Origin: Chloroflexota bacterium
GTDB lineage: Bacteria; Chloroflexota; Chloroflexia; QHBQ01; JADMIH01
Assembly: GCA_027317125.1 (NCBI GenBank)
Contig: DAHVFG010000001.1
Span: 2,816 to 66,815, forward strand
DNA length: 64,000 bases
Reading direction: 5' to 3'
The notes beneath the pieces were generated by a model, which had not been told where the DNA came from, made no database searches, and was given only the letters and a program-made list of their open reading frames with translations. The stretch's first letter is position 1, and every line of letters starts with the position of its first letter. A program made the position numbers and the translations under genes. Shown one piece after another: positions 37,454 to 46,521 of this stretch.

Positions 37454-38603
37454 AGGCATGTCCAGGCCGTTTTACAACCCTAATCTCTCATATCAGGAGA
37501 ACTACGATTCCGGCCCGTTCGGTCCCATCACCGCAGAGCCTTCAGCCGAAGAAGTGGCAGCCCTTGAGCTGCCACGAAATGAGTGGGTGGATCTGGGTGG
37601 GCTGCTGCTGCGAAGGCCCATCGGCATACCTGCCGGGCCCCTCCTCAATTCCGATTACACTGACGCGGCATTTCGGTGGGGCTTCGACTTGCTGCACTAT
37701 AAAACGGTACGCAGCCAGGCATGGCCCTCACACCCCGGCCCGAACGTCCTCTACGTCCATGCGCCGCAGCCTATACCCCCAGGCGAGATAGAGGTGGCCT
37801 CGCTGGTCGCTCGCCCTTTTGCCGACGATGAAGCTGTAGACCTGACGACCCTGAGCATCACCAACTCGTTCGGCATGCCCGCACAGCCTCCCGACATCTG
37901 GCAAGCCGATATGGAGAAGGCGGCTCGTGGCGCGGGGCCGGGACAGGCCCTTGTGGGGAGCGTTACAGGCACGCCATCACCATCAGGCGATGCCGCAGAA
38001 TATCTAGCCGACTTCGCCAGGACAGCCGCCATGTGCACCGAAGCCGGAGCAGACGCTGTCGAGGTAAACCTGTCGTGTCCCAACCTGGGTGGGCACGGTC
38101 TGGTATGTCACGACCCGCAAGCGGCGGGAGAGGTGTGCAAGGAGGTAAAAAAGGCCATAGGCCAACTGCCTTTGTTCGCCAAGATAGGCAGCTACTCGCC
38201 TGATGCCGAAGGCGCAGCAACGTTGCGCCGCGTGATTGAGGCGACAGCCCATCACCTGAGCGGCTATGGTGCGGTAAACGCCGTGCCCCTACGGGTGATC
38301 GATGACAAGGGAGAGCAGGCCCTCCCCGGTGCAGATAGAAGGCTGGCGGGCGTCTGCGGCGCGGCTCTCAAAGCTACCGGGCTGGACATGGTGCGCCGCC
38401 TTGCTCGCATACGCGATGAGGGAAGCTACAGCTTTGTTATAATCGGTGTAGGCGGCTTTGCCACACCCTCAGATTTCCTGGCATATTGTGAGGCCGGAGC
38501 CAACGCGGTGCAGGGAGCCACAGGCCCCATGTGGAACCACAGGCTGGCCGTGGAGGTGGCGCTTACGCTTGCGCTCAAGGCGCAACAACCGGTAGCTTGT
38601 TGA
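37434..38603 (+). CDS. pyrD: dihydroorotate dehydrogenase-family (DHOD-like) flavoprotein, N-terminally extended
   Basis: RRPIGIPAGPLLNSDYTDAAFRWGFDLLHYKTV, NSFGMPAQPPDIW, signature NLSCPNLGG, C-terminal IIGVGGFATPSDFLAYCEAGANAVQ. Overlaps the upstream gene by 20 nt, suggesting translational coupling; an alternative start lies at 37458. Confidence 0.65.
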   Translation: MPKWYHRGMSRPFYNPNLSYQENYDSGPFGPITAEPSAEEVAALELPRNEWVDLGGLLLRRPIGIPAGPLLNSDYTDAAFRWGFDLLHYKTVRSQAWPSHPGPNVLYVHAPQPIPPGEIEVASLVARPFADDEAVDLTTLSITNSFGMPAQPPDIWQADMEKAARGAGPGQALVGSVTGTPSPSGDAAEYLADFARTAAMCTEAGADAVEVNLSCPNLGGHGLVCHDPQAAGEVCKEVKKAIGQLPLFAKIGSYSPDAEGAATLRRVIEATAHHLSGYGAVNAVPLRVIDDKGEQALPGADRRLAGVCGAALKATGLDMVRRLARIRDEGSYSFVIIGVGGFATPSDFLAYCEAGANAVQGATGPMWNHRLAVEVALTLALKAQQPVAC

Positions 38604-38744
38604 AGAAATCGCCTCTTTCGCGATTGAAGCCGATCATACCAGGAGACCGCCCGGAGGTGTGCCACAGAGACGGCTACAATCTTTGCTAATATTGTCAAAC
38701 AGCCTCTCCAAGAAAACCCTCTAACCACTAGCAAAGGAGGCAGC

Positions 38745-39092
38745 ATGACCTTTATCATATCCCCGGAGGCTACCGACAGAGCCAGGGAGACCCTCAAGGC
38801 CGCACAACTTTTCAGCGACAACAGGCAGGCTATAGTTCTTGCCTGCGCCGCGGCCGCCGAGAGTGAAGTTGTGCTGGCGATAGTAAGGCGCGATCTCACT
38901 TTTGGGGGCACGCAGACATTACCCCTCAGGCAGTTGCGCGAGCATGTGCTGGCTCTTGAGCCGGGCGCATGGCCGCTCCTTTTCTCGCCTGATGCAGACG
39001 CAAACCAGGTAGAGATGCGCTGCCGAAAGATGGCCGACCTTGCCATCGCCAAGCTGGAAGCTATGCAGCGATGGACAAGCAGGCATTCTTAG
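38745..39092 (+). CDS. hypothetical protein (115 aa)
   Basis: Strong AAGGAGG RBS and same strand as the flanking pyr genes. No recognisable motif. Confidence 0.45.
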   Translation: MTFIISPEATDRARETLKAAQLFSDNRQAIVLACAAAAESEVVLAIVRRDLTFGGTQTLPLRQLREHVLALEPGAWPLLFSPDADANQVEMRCRKMADLAIAKLEAMQRWTSRHS

Positions 39093-39167
39093 GAAATAGG
39101 CAGTGAGGACTAAAGCGGAGGCAGTTACTAATCCCTAAATCCCTGGTCAACAAGGAGTAGATCACAA

Positions 39168-40640
39168 ATGCTGACAGAGACTATCACCTGGGGCGAGCGC
39201 GTCGCGCTGGCTATCGCGGCTCGCAAGAGCATCCTCTGCGTCGGTCTCGACCCCATCTGGGAGAAGCTGCCGTCAGATGTGAAGTCAGGCGATGTAGCGC
39301 AAGGCCTCTTCGCATACAACCGCAACATCATAGACAGAGCCGCGCCCTTCGCCGCTTTCTTCAAGGCCCAGTATAAGTGCTACTCCGCCGAAGGTGAGGC
39401 AGGGATCGCTGCTCTGCGGCTCACCTGCGCCTACATAAAAGACCGGCACCCTGATATACCTGTCATTCTTGATGCCAAATACGCCGACATCGGCCATGTG
39501 GTAGAGCGTTGCGCCCACGAAGCATTTGACTTTTTCGGTGTGGATGCCGTCACCGCCATGCCCGCGCCCGGTCGTGAAGCCCTCGCGCCGCTCACCTCGC
39601 GCCCCGGCAAAGGCTGCTTTATGGTAGTGCGCACCTCAAATCCCGGGGCGCAAGAGCTTCAAGATATACCCACCTCCGGTGGCGATCCTTTGTACAAAAC
39701 GATCACGGAGAAGATCGCCTCCGGTTGGAACGGATCAGGCAATGTTGGCCTGGTCGCCCCGGCCACAGACCCGCACGTCCTGCGCGAAGTCAGACGCGCC
39801 GCTCCGCACCTACCGATACTTTGCCCCGGCGTGGGCGTACAGGGAGGCGAGGCAGAAGATGCGGTGCTGGCCGGGGTCGACGCGCTGGGAGCCGGTTTAC
39901 TGATCAACGTATCGCGTGGGATCATGGAAGCATCCGACCCCGGAGAAGCAGCCCGCCACTGGCGCGACCAGTTAGAGCTGCCCCGTGCTCAATACGTGCC
40001 TGAGCGCCAGGACGGACGCGCCCGCGCGCTGCATGACGTGGTGCTCGAGATGTTCAACATTGGAGCTATACGCTTCGAGGAAGTTACCCTTAAGTCGGGC
40101 CTGGTGTCGCCCTACTACACTGATCTGCGTCTGCTGGGGTCGTACCCGGCGCTGCTGCGTAAGGTAGCGGCGCTCATGGCAAGCACTACCAGGGACGCAG
40201 GGCTCAACCCCGACCTCCTGGTGGGCATAGCAATGGCGGGCATTCCCCTTGCCATCGCGCTGTCGCAGCACACCGGTATTCCTGCCGGGTACGTCCGCGC
40301 AGCCGCCAAATCATACGGCACAAAGAAGATGGTCGAAGGCGCGTGGCGCGAAGGAGCCACAGCCTTACTGGTGGATGATGTGGTATCCGATGGGGCAAGC
40401 AAGCTGGAAGTGCTAGAGAACTTGCACGAGGCAGGCCTCAAAGTGAGCGATATAATTGTGCTGGTAGACAGAGGCCAGGGCGGTCCACAGCTAATGGCAG
40501 ATCACGGCCTGCGCTGCCACATGGTGCTTACAATGGAAGAGGTGCTAGAGATACTCCTCCAATCCAACCTTATAACGCCTGACAAGTTAGAAGAATCAAG
40601 GCGTTTCATGGTAGAAGCGCGAGAGCAAAACAAGGGGTAG
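39168..40640 (+). CDS. pyrF-pyrE: bifunctional orotidine-5'-phosphate decarboxylase (N-terminal, type 2) / orotate phosphoribosyltransferase (C-terminal)
   Basis: N-terminal ODCase type-2: ILCVGLDPIW, ILDAKYADIGH, P-x-G. C-terminal OPRTase: FEEVTLKSGLVSPYYTDLR, GIAMAGIPLAIALS, PRPP motif LLVDDVVSDGAS, VLVDRGQGG. Single 490-aa ORF. Confidence 0.85.
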   Translation: MLTETITWGERVALAIAARKSILCVGLDPIWEKLPSDVKSGDVAQGLFAYNRNIIDRAAPFAAFFKAQYKCYSAEGEAGIAALRLTCAYIKDRHPDIPVILDAKYADIGHVVERCAHEAFDFFGVDAVTAMPAPGREALAPLTSRPGKGCFMVVRTSNPGAQELQDIPTSGGDPLYKTITEKIASGWNGSGNVGLVAPATDPHVLREVRRAAPHLPILCPGVGVQGGEAEDAVLAGVDALGAGLLINVSRGIMEASDPGEAARHWRDQLELPRAQYVPERQDGRARALHDVVLEMFNIGAIRFEEVTLKSGLVSPYYTDLRLLGSYPALLRKVAALMASTTRDAGLNPDLLVGIAMAGIPLAIALSQHTGIPAGYVRAAAKSYGTKKMVEGAWREGATALLVDDVVSDGASKLEVLENLHEAGLKVSDIIVLVDRGQGGPQLMADHGLRCHMVLTMEEVLEILLQSNLITPDKLEESRRFMVEAREQNKG

Positions 40641-40812
40641 GTGAGAACAAAGCAATAACTCCACATAGCGAAGCTATTGCTTTGTTCTCAAAAAGAAAGC
40701 TGCCCCGCGTATGCTTTTCCGGCTATATCTTTGGTCAGCACCCGCTATGTGACCTGATATTGTACTAAAGCAAGACCCCACCCACATAGGGGACCACCCT
40801 GTCACAACGCCC

Positions 40813-41421
40813 TCAGAGCACCAGCGAGCCTAGTAAGTAAGCCCCTATCAGTAGCAGCGCCAGGCCGTTGATGGCGTGCCAAAGGCCCATGCGTGCGATG
40901 ATCCACTCACTTAAAGGCAAGGGATAGTCGCCACGCAGCACAGAAATGCCGCCAAGCGCCGCAGGCAGCCCACGAGACGCCCCATACAACATTCCCAGCA
41001 AAACAGCTGCTTTCAGCGACACCGCTCCGGCTACGAACTCCCAGGCCAGCAAGACCAAGAAGCTGGCGTATGGAATAAAAGTCAGCACGCCTGCGCCAAG
41101 CACCAGCCCATAAAGAATGTTACCCTCCAGGCGGCTGCGGCGCATCCACGACTTCGGCACCTGCCAGCCAACCTGGGGCACAGGCAAATGCAGTATCTTT
41201 AACTCGCGTAGCGCATAGAGGATAGAGATAATGCCCAGCACACCGGCCACCCAGGGTAGGGTGATACCGGAGAGGAGGAAAAACTGGTGCCCGATAAAAC
41301 CGAGCAGCATGGCGAGCAGGCCCGCGCCCAGGGTTGACGCAGCCGTGTACATCGCTACGCGCACCACCCAATCCCGAACTTCCTTTGCCTCCTTCCCGAG
41401 GGGCACGATCACAAAGATCAT
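40813..41421 (-). CDS. hypothetical polytopic membrane protein
   Basis: Five or six hydrophobic helices; no diagnostic motif. Confidence 0.4.
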   Translation of the reverse strand: MIFVIVPLGKEAKEVRDWVVRVAMYTAASTLGAGLLAMLLGFIGHQFFLLSGITLPWVAGVLGIISILYALRELKILHLPVPQVGWQVPKSWMRRSRLEGNILYGLVLGAGVLTFIPYASFLVLLAWEFVAGAVSLKAAVLLGMLYGASRGLPAALGGISVLRGDYPLPLSEWIIARMGLWHAINGLALLLIGAYLLGSLVL

Positions 41422-41430
41422 GTTCAGCCC

Positions 41431-41649
41431 TCAGGCGGAAGTAGTTTTAGAAACCCCCACTATTATTGCCAGTCCCATCGCCACCACAAAGGCCAGCCCC
41501 GCCCAGGGACGCGCTATGCCGTCGGTAAAGGTAGCGAGTAGTAACCCGGCAGCGACGGAAGCTACGGCGGCCATGACAAGGCCCAACGTCCACGATCCGT
41601 AGCGTTGCGAAGGCGTCTCACCTGCCTGCCCTATATAACCTTCTGCCAT
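41431..41649 (-). CDS. small membrane protein (72 aa), hypothetical
   Basis: Two TM helices; 10-nt spacing to the downstream gene on the same strand. Confidence 0.3.
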   Translation of the reverse strand: MAEGYIGQAGETPSQRYGSWTLGLVMAAVASVAAGLLLATFTDGIARPWAGLAFVVAMGLAIIVGVSKTTSA

Positions 41650-41672
41650 CCTAAACGGCTCCTACAGAATCT

Positions 41673-42266
41673 CTAGCGGAAACCCATGCTGCGCAAGGTG
41701 TTACGAACCATGCTCACAGCCTGGCCGCCCAAAACAACCACGCACACAGTGGCAATCGCCAGCAGGACGATCGGTATCCCATCAACCACAGTCGGAAAGG
41801 ACTCGCTGTTACTCGAAGCGGCGAGCGCCCCATCTACCGAGAGCCAGCCATCGAAGCTGGCAGCTACTAGCAGCGAAAGGGCCATCAGCACTACATTGCG
41901 CGCCACCGCCCACGGCGTCACCTTTTCATCTGAGAGCCTGCCAAAGCAGTGGCACGACTGATCCTTACCTGATGCCAGATCGTACACTATTAAGCCTGTG
42001 AAGAGAATAAAAAGGAGAAGAGCCGCAATAGCAGCGAGGGGCGTGAAGAGTCCCAACACCAGCATCAGCCCGACGATAAGCTCGATAAAAGGGAAGACGT
42101 TGGCTATAAACTTTCCTGAACCCACAGGCAGGAAAGTATAGCGGCTCATGCTCGCGGCAGTGCCTTCTTTATCAATCATCTTACCAAAAGACGAAGCTAG
42201 AAAGACCCCACCCACGCACAAACGCGCAAATAGGAGAAAATAAGGCGATGTAAAGAACGTCAACAT
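41673..42266 (-). CDS. DoxX/MauE-family membrane protein
   Basis: Four TM helices and conserved SCHCFG motif, reminiscent of MauE/DoxX proteins. Confidence 0.5.
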   Translation of the reverse strand: MLTFFTSPYFLLFARLCVGGVFLASSFGKMIDKEGTAASMSRYTFLPVGSGKFIANVFPFIELIVGLMLVLGLFTPLAAIAALLLFILFTGLIVYDLASGKDQSCHCFGRLSDEKVTPWAVARNVVLMALSLLVAASFDGWLSVDGALAASSNSESFPTVVDGIPIVLLAIATVCVVVLGGQAVSMVRNTLRSMGFR

Positions 42267-42377
42267 ACCAGCCTATCACCCCGAAGATTATTTATGCCCC
42301 GCGCAAGGAAGACCCGGTACTCATTATAGGAATAGTCGCAAAGATTATCAAGGTAGGCACGGGGAGTACCTTGTGAG

Positions 42378-42902
42378 CTACCACCCTACTGTTGGCACAG
42401 GCAAGCGTAACGGGTGTGCTGCATCCAGATTGCCGAAGAACTCCATTCTGTTCCGTCCTATGTTCTGAATGGTGCTATAAGATGGCTCGTAACCTGTAGC
42501 CCGAAGCCCGAAAGGAGAGAAGAGACGCGTAATCAAGGAAGCGCGGCTGGCGAGGCAATTGATAATCACTCTCTGGCTGTAGTCGTTGAGGCTGAGCACT
42601 TTGATTGCCTCAAATAACTCGGCCAGTGTGACGTTTAGGAATGGGGGGTCGCAGATAATTACCCCAAACTTCTCGCCGGGCGGCTCTGGTTTGTTGATGT
42701 CATAGAGGCGGAAGCCGTGCAGCATTGAGAATCGCTCGTCTATATCGAGGGTAGTGACATGGACGGCTCGCTTCTCAAGCTCCGCGCCAAGAGAGGGCGT
42801 GCAGAGGCAGCAGGGGTTATCAAAGCGCGATGCAAAGTCTGCAAGGTGGCCCAGCGTGGGTTTATCGAAGAAGTATTGCTCTATCTCTTGCCGTTCGCGC
42901 AT
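42378..42902 (-). CDS. EEF1AKMT1/Efm5-like class I methyltransferase (PF10237 'N6-adenine methyltransferase-like' family)
   Basis: DNPCCLCTPSLGAELEKRAVHVTTLDIDERFSMLHGFRLYDINKPEPPGEKFGVIICDPPFL closely follows the eukaryotic EEF1AKMT1 pattern (C.S.PS...L......LD.D.RF...G.F..YD.N.P...P......D.VI.DPP[FY]L). Confidence 0.55.
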   Translation of the reverse strand: MRERQEIEQYFFDKPTLGHLADFASRFDNPCCLCTPSLGAELEKRAVHVTTLDIDERFSMLHGFRLYDINKPEPPGEKFGVIICDPPFLNVTLAELFEAIKVLSLNDYSQRVIINCLASRASLITRLFSPFGLRATGYEPSYSTIQNIGRNRMEFFGNLDAAHPLRLPVPTVGW

Positions 42903-42962
42903 ATCTTCTCGGATGCGTTAGACGTTGGGGACCAGGGATTAGTGGTCCTCAGCATTCGCTGC

Positions 42963-43664
42963 TCACTCGGTGACCGAAACTATAAAAGGGTTGAAATTAG
43001 TGCCGACATCATAGTAATCTTCTTCTTCTTTGCGCTTGAGGAATCCAACTATGAGGTAGGTAATAGGGGTAAAGAGCACTTCTATCCCGACCTTGAAGAT
43101 ATAGTTGGAGACGATCAGTTGTTGGAACGCCCCACCTTCCATCGGGCTGCCCAACAGCGCTTCGCCGATAGCGAAGGCGATGGTAGCGAAAAGCAGGGTG
43201 TCTACCCCTTCGCCCACGATAGTCGAGCCGATGGTGCGCGTCCAGAGCCAGCGACCATTCGTAAGGATCTTCATCTTCGCAAGGACGAAAGAGTTAGAGA
43301 ACTCACCGGCAAAGTAAGCTATCAGGCTGCCAAGCACGATGAATGGGGTAGTAGCGAGCGCCTGATTGAAGGCTGCGGCCTGGGCCTCCATACCCGCGAG
43401 GGGCGGCAGCGTCGTAACAAACCACAAGACCAGCGCCATCAGCGCCGCCGCGCCAAAGCCTGCCCAGATAACTCTCCTGGAACGTTTATAGCCATAGACT
43501 TCGGTAAGCACATCCCCGAAAATGTAACTGAGTGGGAAAAGAATGGTTCCGCCGTCATAGCCGAAAGGACCAAATTGCACGAGCTTATTTGAGGCTATGT
43601 TGCTGATCAGCAGCACGGCAACAAAAGCCACCATAACCAGGTCGAAGTAGCGAAATTGCTTCAA
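42963..43664 (-). CDS. yhhQ: queuosine-precursor transporter, YhhQ/DUF165 family
   Basis: GTILFPLSYIFGDVLTEVYGYKRSRRVIW and six TM helices; typical YhhQ signature. Confidence 0.8.
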   Translation of the reverse strand: MKQFRYFDLVMVAFVAVLLISNIASNKLVQFGPFGYDGGTILFPLSYIFGDVLTEVYGYKRSRRVIWAGFGAAALMALVLWFVTTLPPLAGMEAQAAAFNQALATTPFIVLGSLIAYFAGEFSNSFVLAKMKILTNGRWLWTRTIGSTIVGEGVDTLLFATIAFAIGEALLGSPMEGGAFQQLIVSNYIFKVGIEVLFTPITYLIVGFLKRKEEEDYYDVGTNFNPFIVSVTE

Positions 43665-43788
43665 GGCGCATGCTCCTCTATTAGATGCGAATGCGAATTT
43701 CTCCCGTCTCGCACATGACGATTGCCCCTATAGGAAAACCCTGCCTTCAGGGGCAGTAGTGCGTCATCTGTTGAGTAAATTGAGCTAT

Positions 43789-44910
43789 CTATAGCAAAGC
43801 CAGGAACCTATCTATCTCTTCTTCGCTGTTATAAAAGTGCGGCGACACACGTACTACACCTACCCTCACAGCTATCACCATCTTCTCAACTACAGCGCGT
43901 GCGTATATAGCCGCAGGGTCGCCTTTGGCGCGGAAGCAGACCACGCCTGATCTCTCATCGGGGTGTGTAGAGCTTACCACATCATAGCCGCGGCTCAACA
44001 GGCCGTCGATCAGCCTGCCGGCCAGGTGGAGGACGCGCTCCTCGATAAAGCCAGGACCCGCCTCCAGGATCAGCCCAAGCACAGCATCAAAGGCTACCAG
44101 GCCGCTGACGTTGTGCGTGCTCCCCTCGATGCGAGAAGCGGCGTCCACCCAGGGTTGGCCGTAAGCCAGATAATCGTGCCTGTCAGCTACACTGTACCAG
44201 CTAGAGGTGAGTGGGCGCAGTCTCTCCAGCATATCATGGCGCACGTAAATGACGCCAACGCCCTGCGGACCCAACAGCCACTTGTGCGCTCCTGCCCCAA
44301 GAAAGTGAATTCCTGCGTCATGCACGTTGAGCCGCAATGCGCCGATGCCCTGGATCGCATCGACGTTAAAGAGGATGCCGCGCTCCCGACAAAGCTGCCC
44401 AAGCAGGTAGAGGTTGTTGCGGAAGCCTGTAGAGAACTCTACGAAGCTTATAGTCAGCAGGCGCGTGTGGCTGTCTAAGGCAGCTGCTATATCGTCCACA
44501 AAGATGCGATTACCGCGAGGCTGCACGAAGCGAGTTTCCACGCCTTGCCCGCTGAGGCCGAGCCAGGGATAAACATTGGCGGGGAACTCACCTTGCACCG
44601 TAACTACGTTGTCGCCGCGCTGCCAGGTGAGGCCGTTGGCGACCAGGTTCATAGCACTGGCGGTGTTCTGCACCCAGCCTACTTCGTAACTATCAGCCCC
44701 GATAAGCCGCGCCATCTTCTCGCGAGCATAGTCCACAACCGGAAAGTATTCCGGCTCGCTCAGCACACCCTTCGTGCCCTGCTCGCCCCAATACCGAGCT
44801 AGCGCGTCCGTGCCGGGCCGAGGCAGAGGCGAACAGGCCGCATGGTTTAGATAGGCATACTCCTCCGTCACCGGAAATAGACGCCTGTATTCTGAGATAG
44901 TCTTCTGCAT
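43789..44910 (-). CDS. aminotransferase class V-fold PLP-dependent enzyme (cysteine desulfurase/selenocysteine lyase-like)
   Basis: LNHAACSPLP N-terminus, GADSYEVGW.., AHKWLLGPQGVGVIYV (PLP Lys). Confidence 0.75.
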   Translation of the reverse strand: MQKTISEYRRLFPVTEEYAYLNHAACSPLPRPGTDALARYWGEQGTKGVLSEPEYFPVVDYAREKMARLIGADSYEVGWVQNTASAMNLVANGLTWQRGDNVVTVQGEFPANVYPWLGLSGQGVETRFVQPRGNRIFVDDIAAALDSHTRLLTISFVEFSTGFRNNLYLLGQLCRERGILFNVDAIQGIGALRLNVHDAGIHFLGAGAHKWLLGPQGVGVIYVRHDMLERLRPLTSSWYSVADRHDYLAYGQPWVDAASRIEGSTHNVSGLVAFDAVLGLILEAGPGFIEERVLHLAGRLIDGLLSRGYDVVSSTHPDERSGVVCFRAKGDPAAIYARAVVEKMVIAVRVGVVRVSPHFYNSEEEIDRFLALL

Positions 44911-45009
44911 AGCTGTGTGATGCCTCGGATCAGCTACTAACTCCTGGCCCCTGGCTGCACGATAGGTTATTATACTCCCGGACAGTTGTATTTTACACGG
45001 GAGGCTTAC

Positions 45010-45987
45010 ATGTTAGAAGAACTGACGAGCGAGTATATACGCGAAGTATGGCAGATACTGCCTCCCCACCTGAAGCCTACGACTTTTCAGAGCACATTCC
45101 TCCTGAACAAGGCGCTGGATGCAGACGTGACGGTGGCTAGCGAGACGTTACAGGTCACGGGGAGCTTCAAGTTCCGCGCGGCGTATAATCTCTTGTCTAC
45201 AGTGCCGCAAGACGAAGTGATCACATGGTCGTCGGGCAACTTCGGGCAGGCTGCGGCATACGCCTGCATGCTCCTCAACAAAAGCTGCACAGTAGTTATG
45301 CCTACCACTTCATCAAAGGCCAAACAAGCAGCAATACAAGCTTACGGCGCACAAATAGAGTTCGTGGACACCTCCGTCAAGAGCCGGAGTGAGCGCGTAG
45401 AAGAAGTCAAGGCCGAACGTCCGAATGCTTTCTACGCGCCGCCCTATGACCACTACAGGGTGGTAGCGGGCAACTCTACCCTGGGTAAAGAGATATTTGA
45501 GAAGCTGCACACAGAAGACCGCAGGCTTGACTGCGTGATATGCCCCATCGGGGGCGGCGGGCTTATTTCGGGTATCATCGTAGCCCGCGACCTCCTCGCT
45601 CCTGATGTAGAGATAGTGGGCGCCGAGCCGTTGCTGGGCAACGACGCCGCTCAATCGTTGCGAGAAGGCAGGCTCGTCTCGCTCCCTGCCGAGCCGCAGA
45701 CGATAGCCGACGGTACACGCACACTCAGCCTCGGCAATATAAACTGGGAAATCATCAGCAAGGGCGTGCGGCGAATCATCGAAGTGCCCGAAGAGGATAT
45801 ATCCGGTGGACTGCGCACACTCTATGCGTGCGCCAACCTGAAAGTAGAGCCAACGGGCGCGCTCTCCGTAGGCGCGATGCTATACCAGCCCGACACTTTC
45901 CGGGGCAAGCGCGTCTGCTGCGTTGTAAGCGGTGGGAATGTAGACCCGGAGGTTTATGCCGGAATGCTGCAAGGCACAGGCTTCTAA
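45010..45987 (+). CDS. PLP-dependent threonine/serine dehydratase family enzyme (PALP fold)
   Basis: PLP-lysine motif TGSFKFRAA, Gly-rich loop [35 protein letters not shown] before the ATG at 45010. Confidence 0.7.
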   Translation: MLEELTSEYIREVWQILPPHLKPTTFQSTFLLNKALDADVTVASETLQVTGSFKFRAAYNLLSTVPQDEVITWSSGNFGQAAAYACMLLNKSCTVVMPTTSSKAKQAAIQAYGAQIEFVDTSVKSRSERVEEVKAERPNAFYAPPYDHYRVVAGNSTLGKEIFEKLHTEDRRLDCVICPIGGGGLISGIIVARDLLAPDVEIVGAEPLLGNDAAQSLREGRLVSLPAEPQTIADGTRTLSLGNINWEIISKGVRRIIEVPEEDISGGLRTLYACANLKVEPTGALSVGAMLYQPDTFRGKRVCCVVSGGNVDPEVYAGMLQGTGF

Positions 45988-46490
45988 TCTGTGCTTTGCT
46001 GCGCTCTGTGACGCGCATCTCGGCAGCTGGCTGCACGCTCGGCATGCCCTTCTGATCTGGCAGCCTGCACGGAAAGAAGATCGCAACGGTTATTCTCCTT
46101 GTTACTTGCGTGACCCTTCACCCAGCGGAACTCCACTTCATGCTGAGAGCACAAATTCAGCAGCCTCTCCCACAGGTCGGGGTTGAGCGCCCTCTCCTTC
46201 GCGTTACGCATCCAGCCATTGCTCCGCCACCGCTTTGCCCAGCCGAGGGTGATGCTGTCAACCAGATATTTCGAGTCGGAATAAAGAGTGACAACGCTCC
46301 TGCTCTCTAACGCTTCAAGCCCCACTATGGCCGCCATGATCTCCATGCGGTTGTTGGTGGTCAGCCGGAACCCGCCTGATAGCTCTTTGCGTTGGTTGCC
46401 TTGTAGCAAGACCACGCCATAGCCGCCGGGGCCAGGGTTGTTCAAGCAGGCCCCATCCGTATATATCACAGATCCTTCTTTAGAAGTCAT
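45984..46490 (-). CDS. rnhA: ribonuclease HI
   Basis: [28 protein letters not shown], ..[17 protein letters not shown].., ..DSKYLVDSI.., [24 protein letters not shown] (DEDD catalytic residues). Confidence 0.85.
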   Translation of the reverse strand: MTSKEGSVIYTDGACLNNPGPGGYGVVLLQGNQRKELSGGFRLTTNNRMEIMAAIVGLEALESRSVVTLYSDSKYLVDSITLGWAKRWRSNGWMRNAKERALNPDLWERLLNLCSQHEVEFRWVKGHASNKENNRCDLLSVQAARSEGHAERAASCRDARHRAQQSTD

Positions 46491-46521
46491 CCGATTTTGT
46501 TCCTCACTTTCTTCCCGATTC

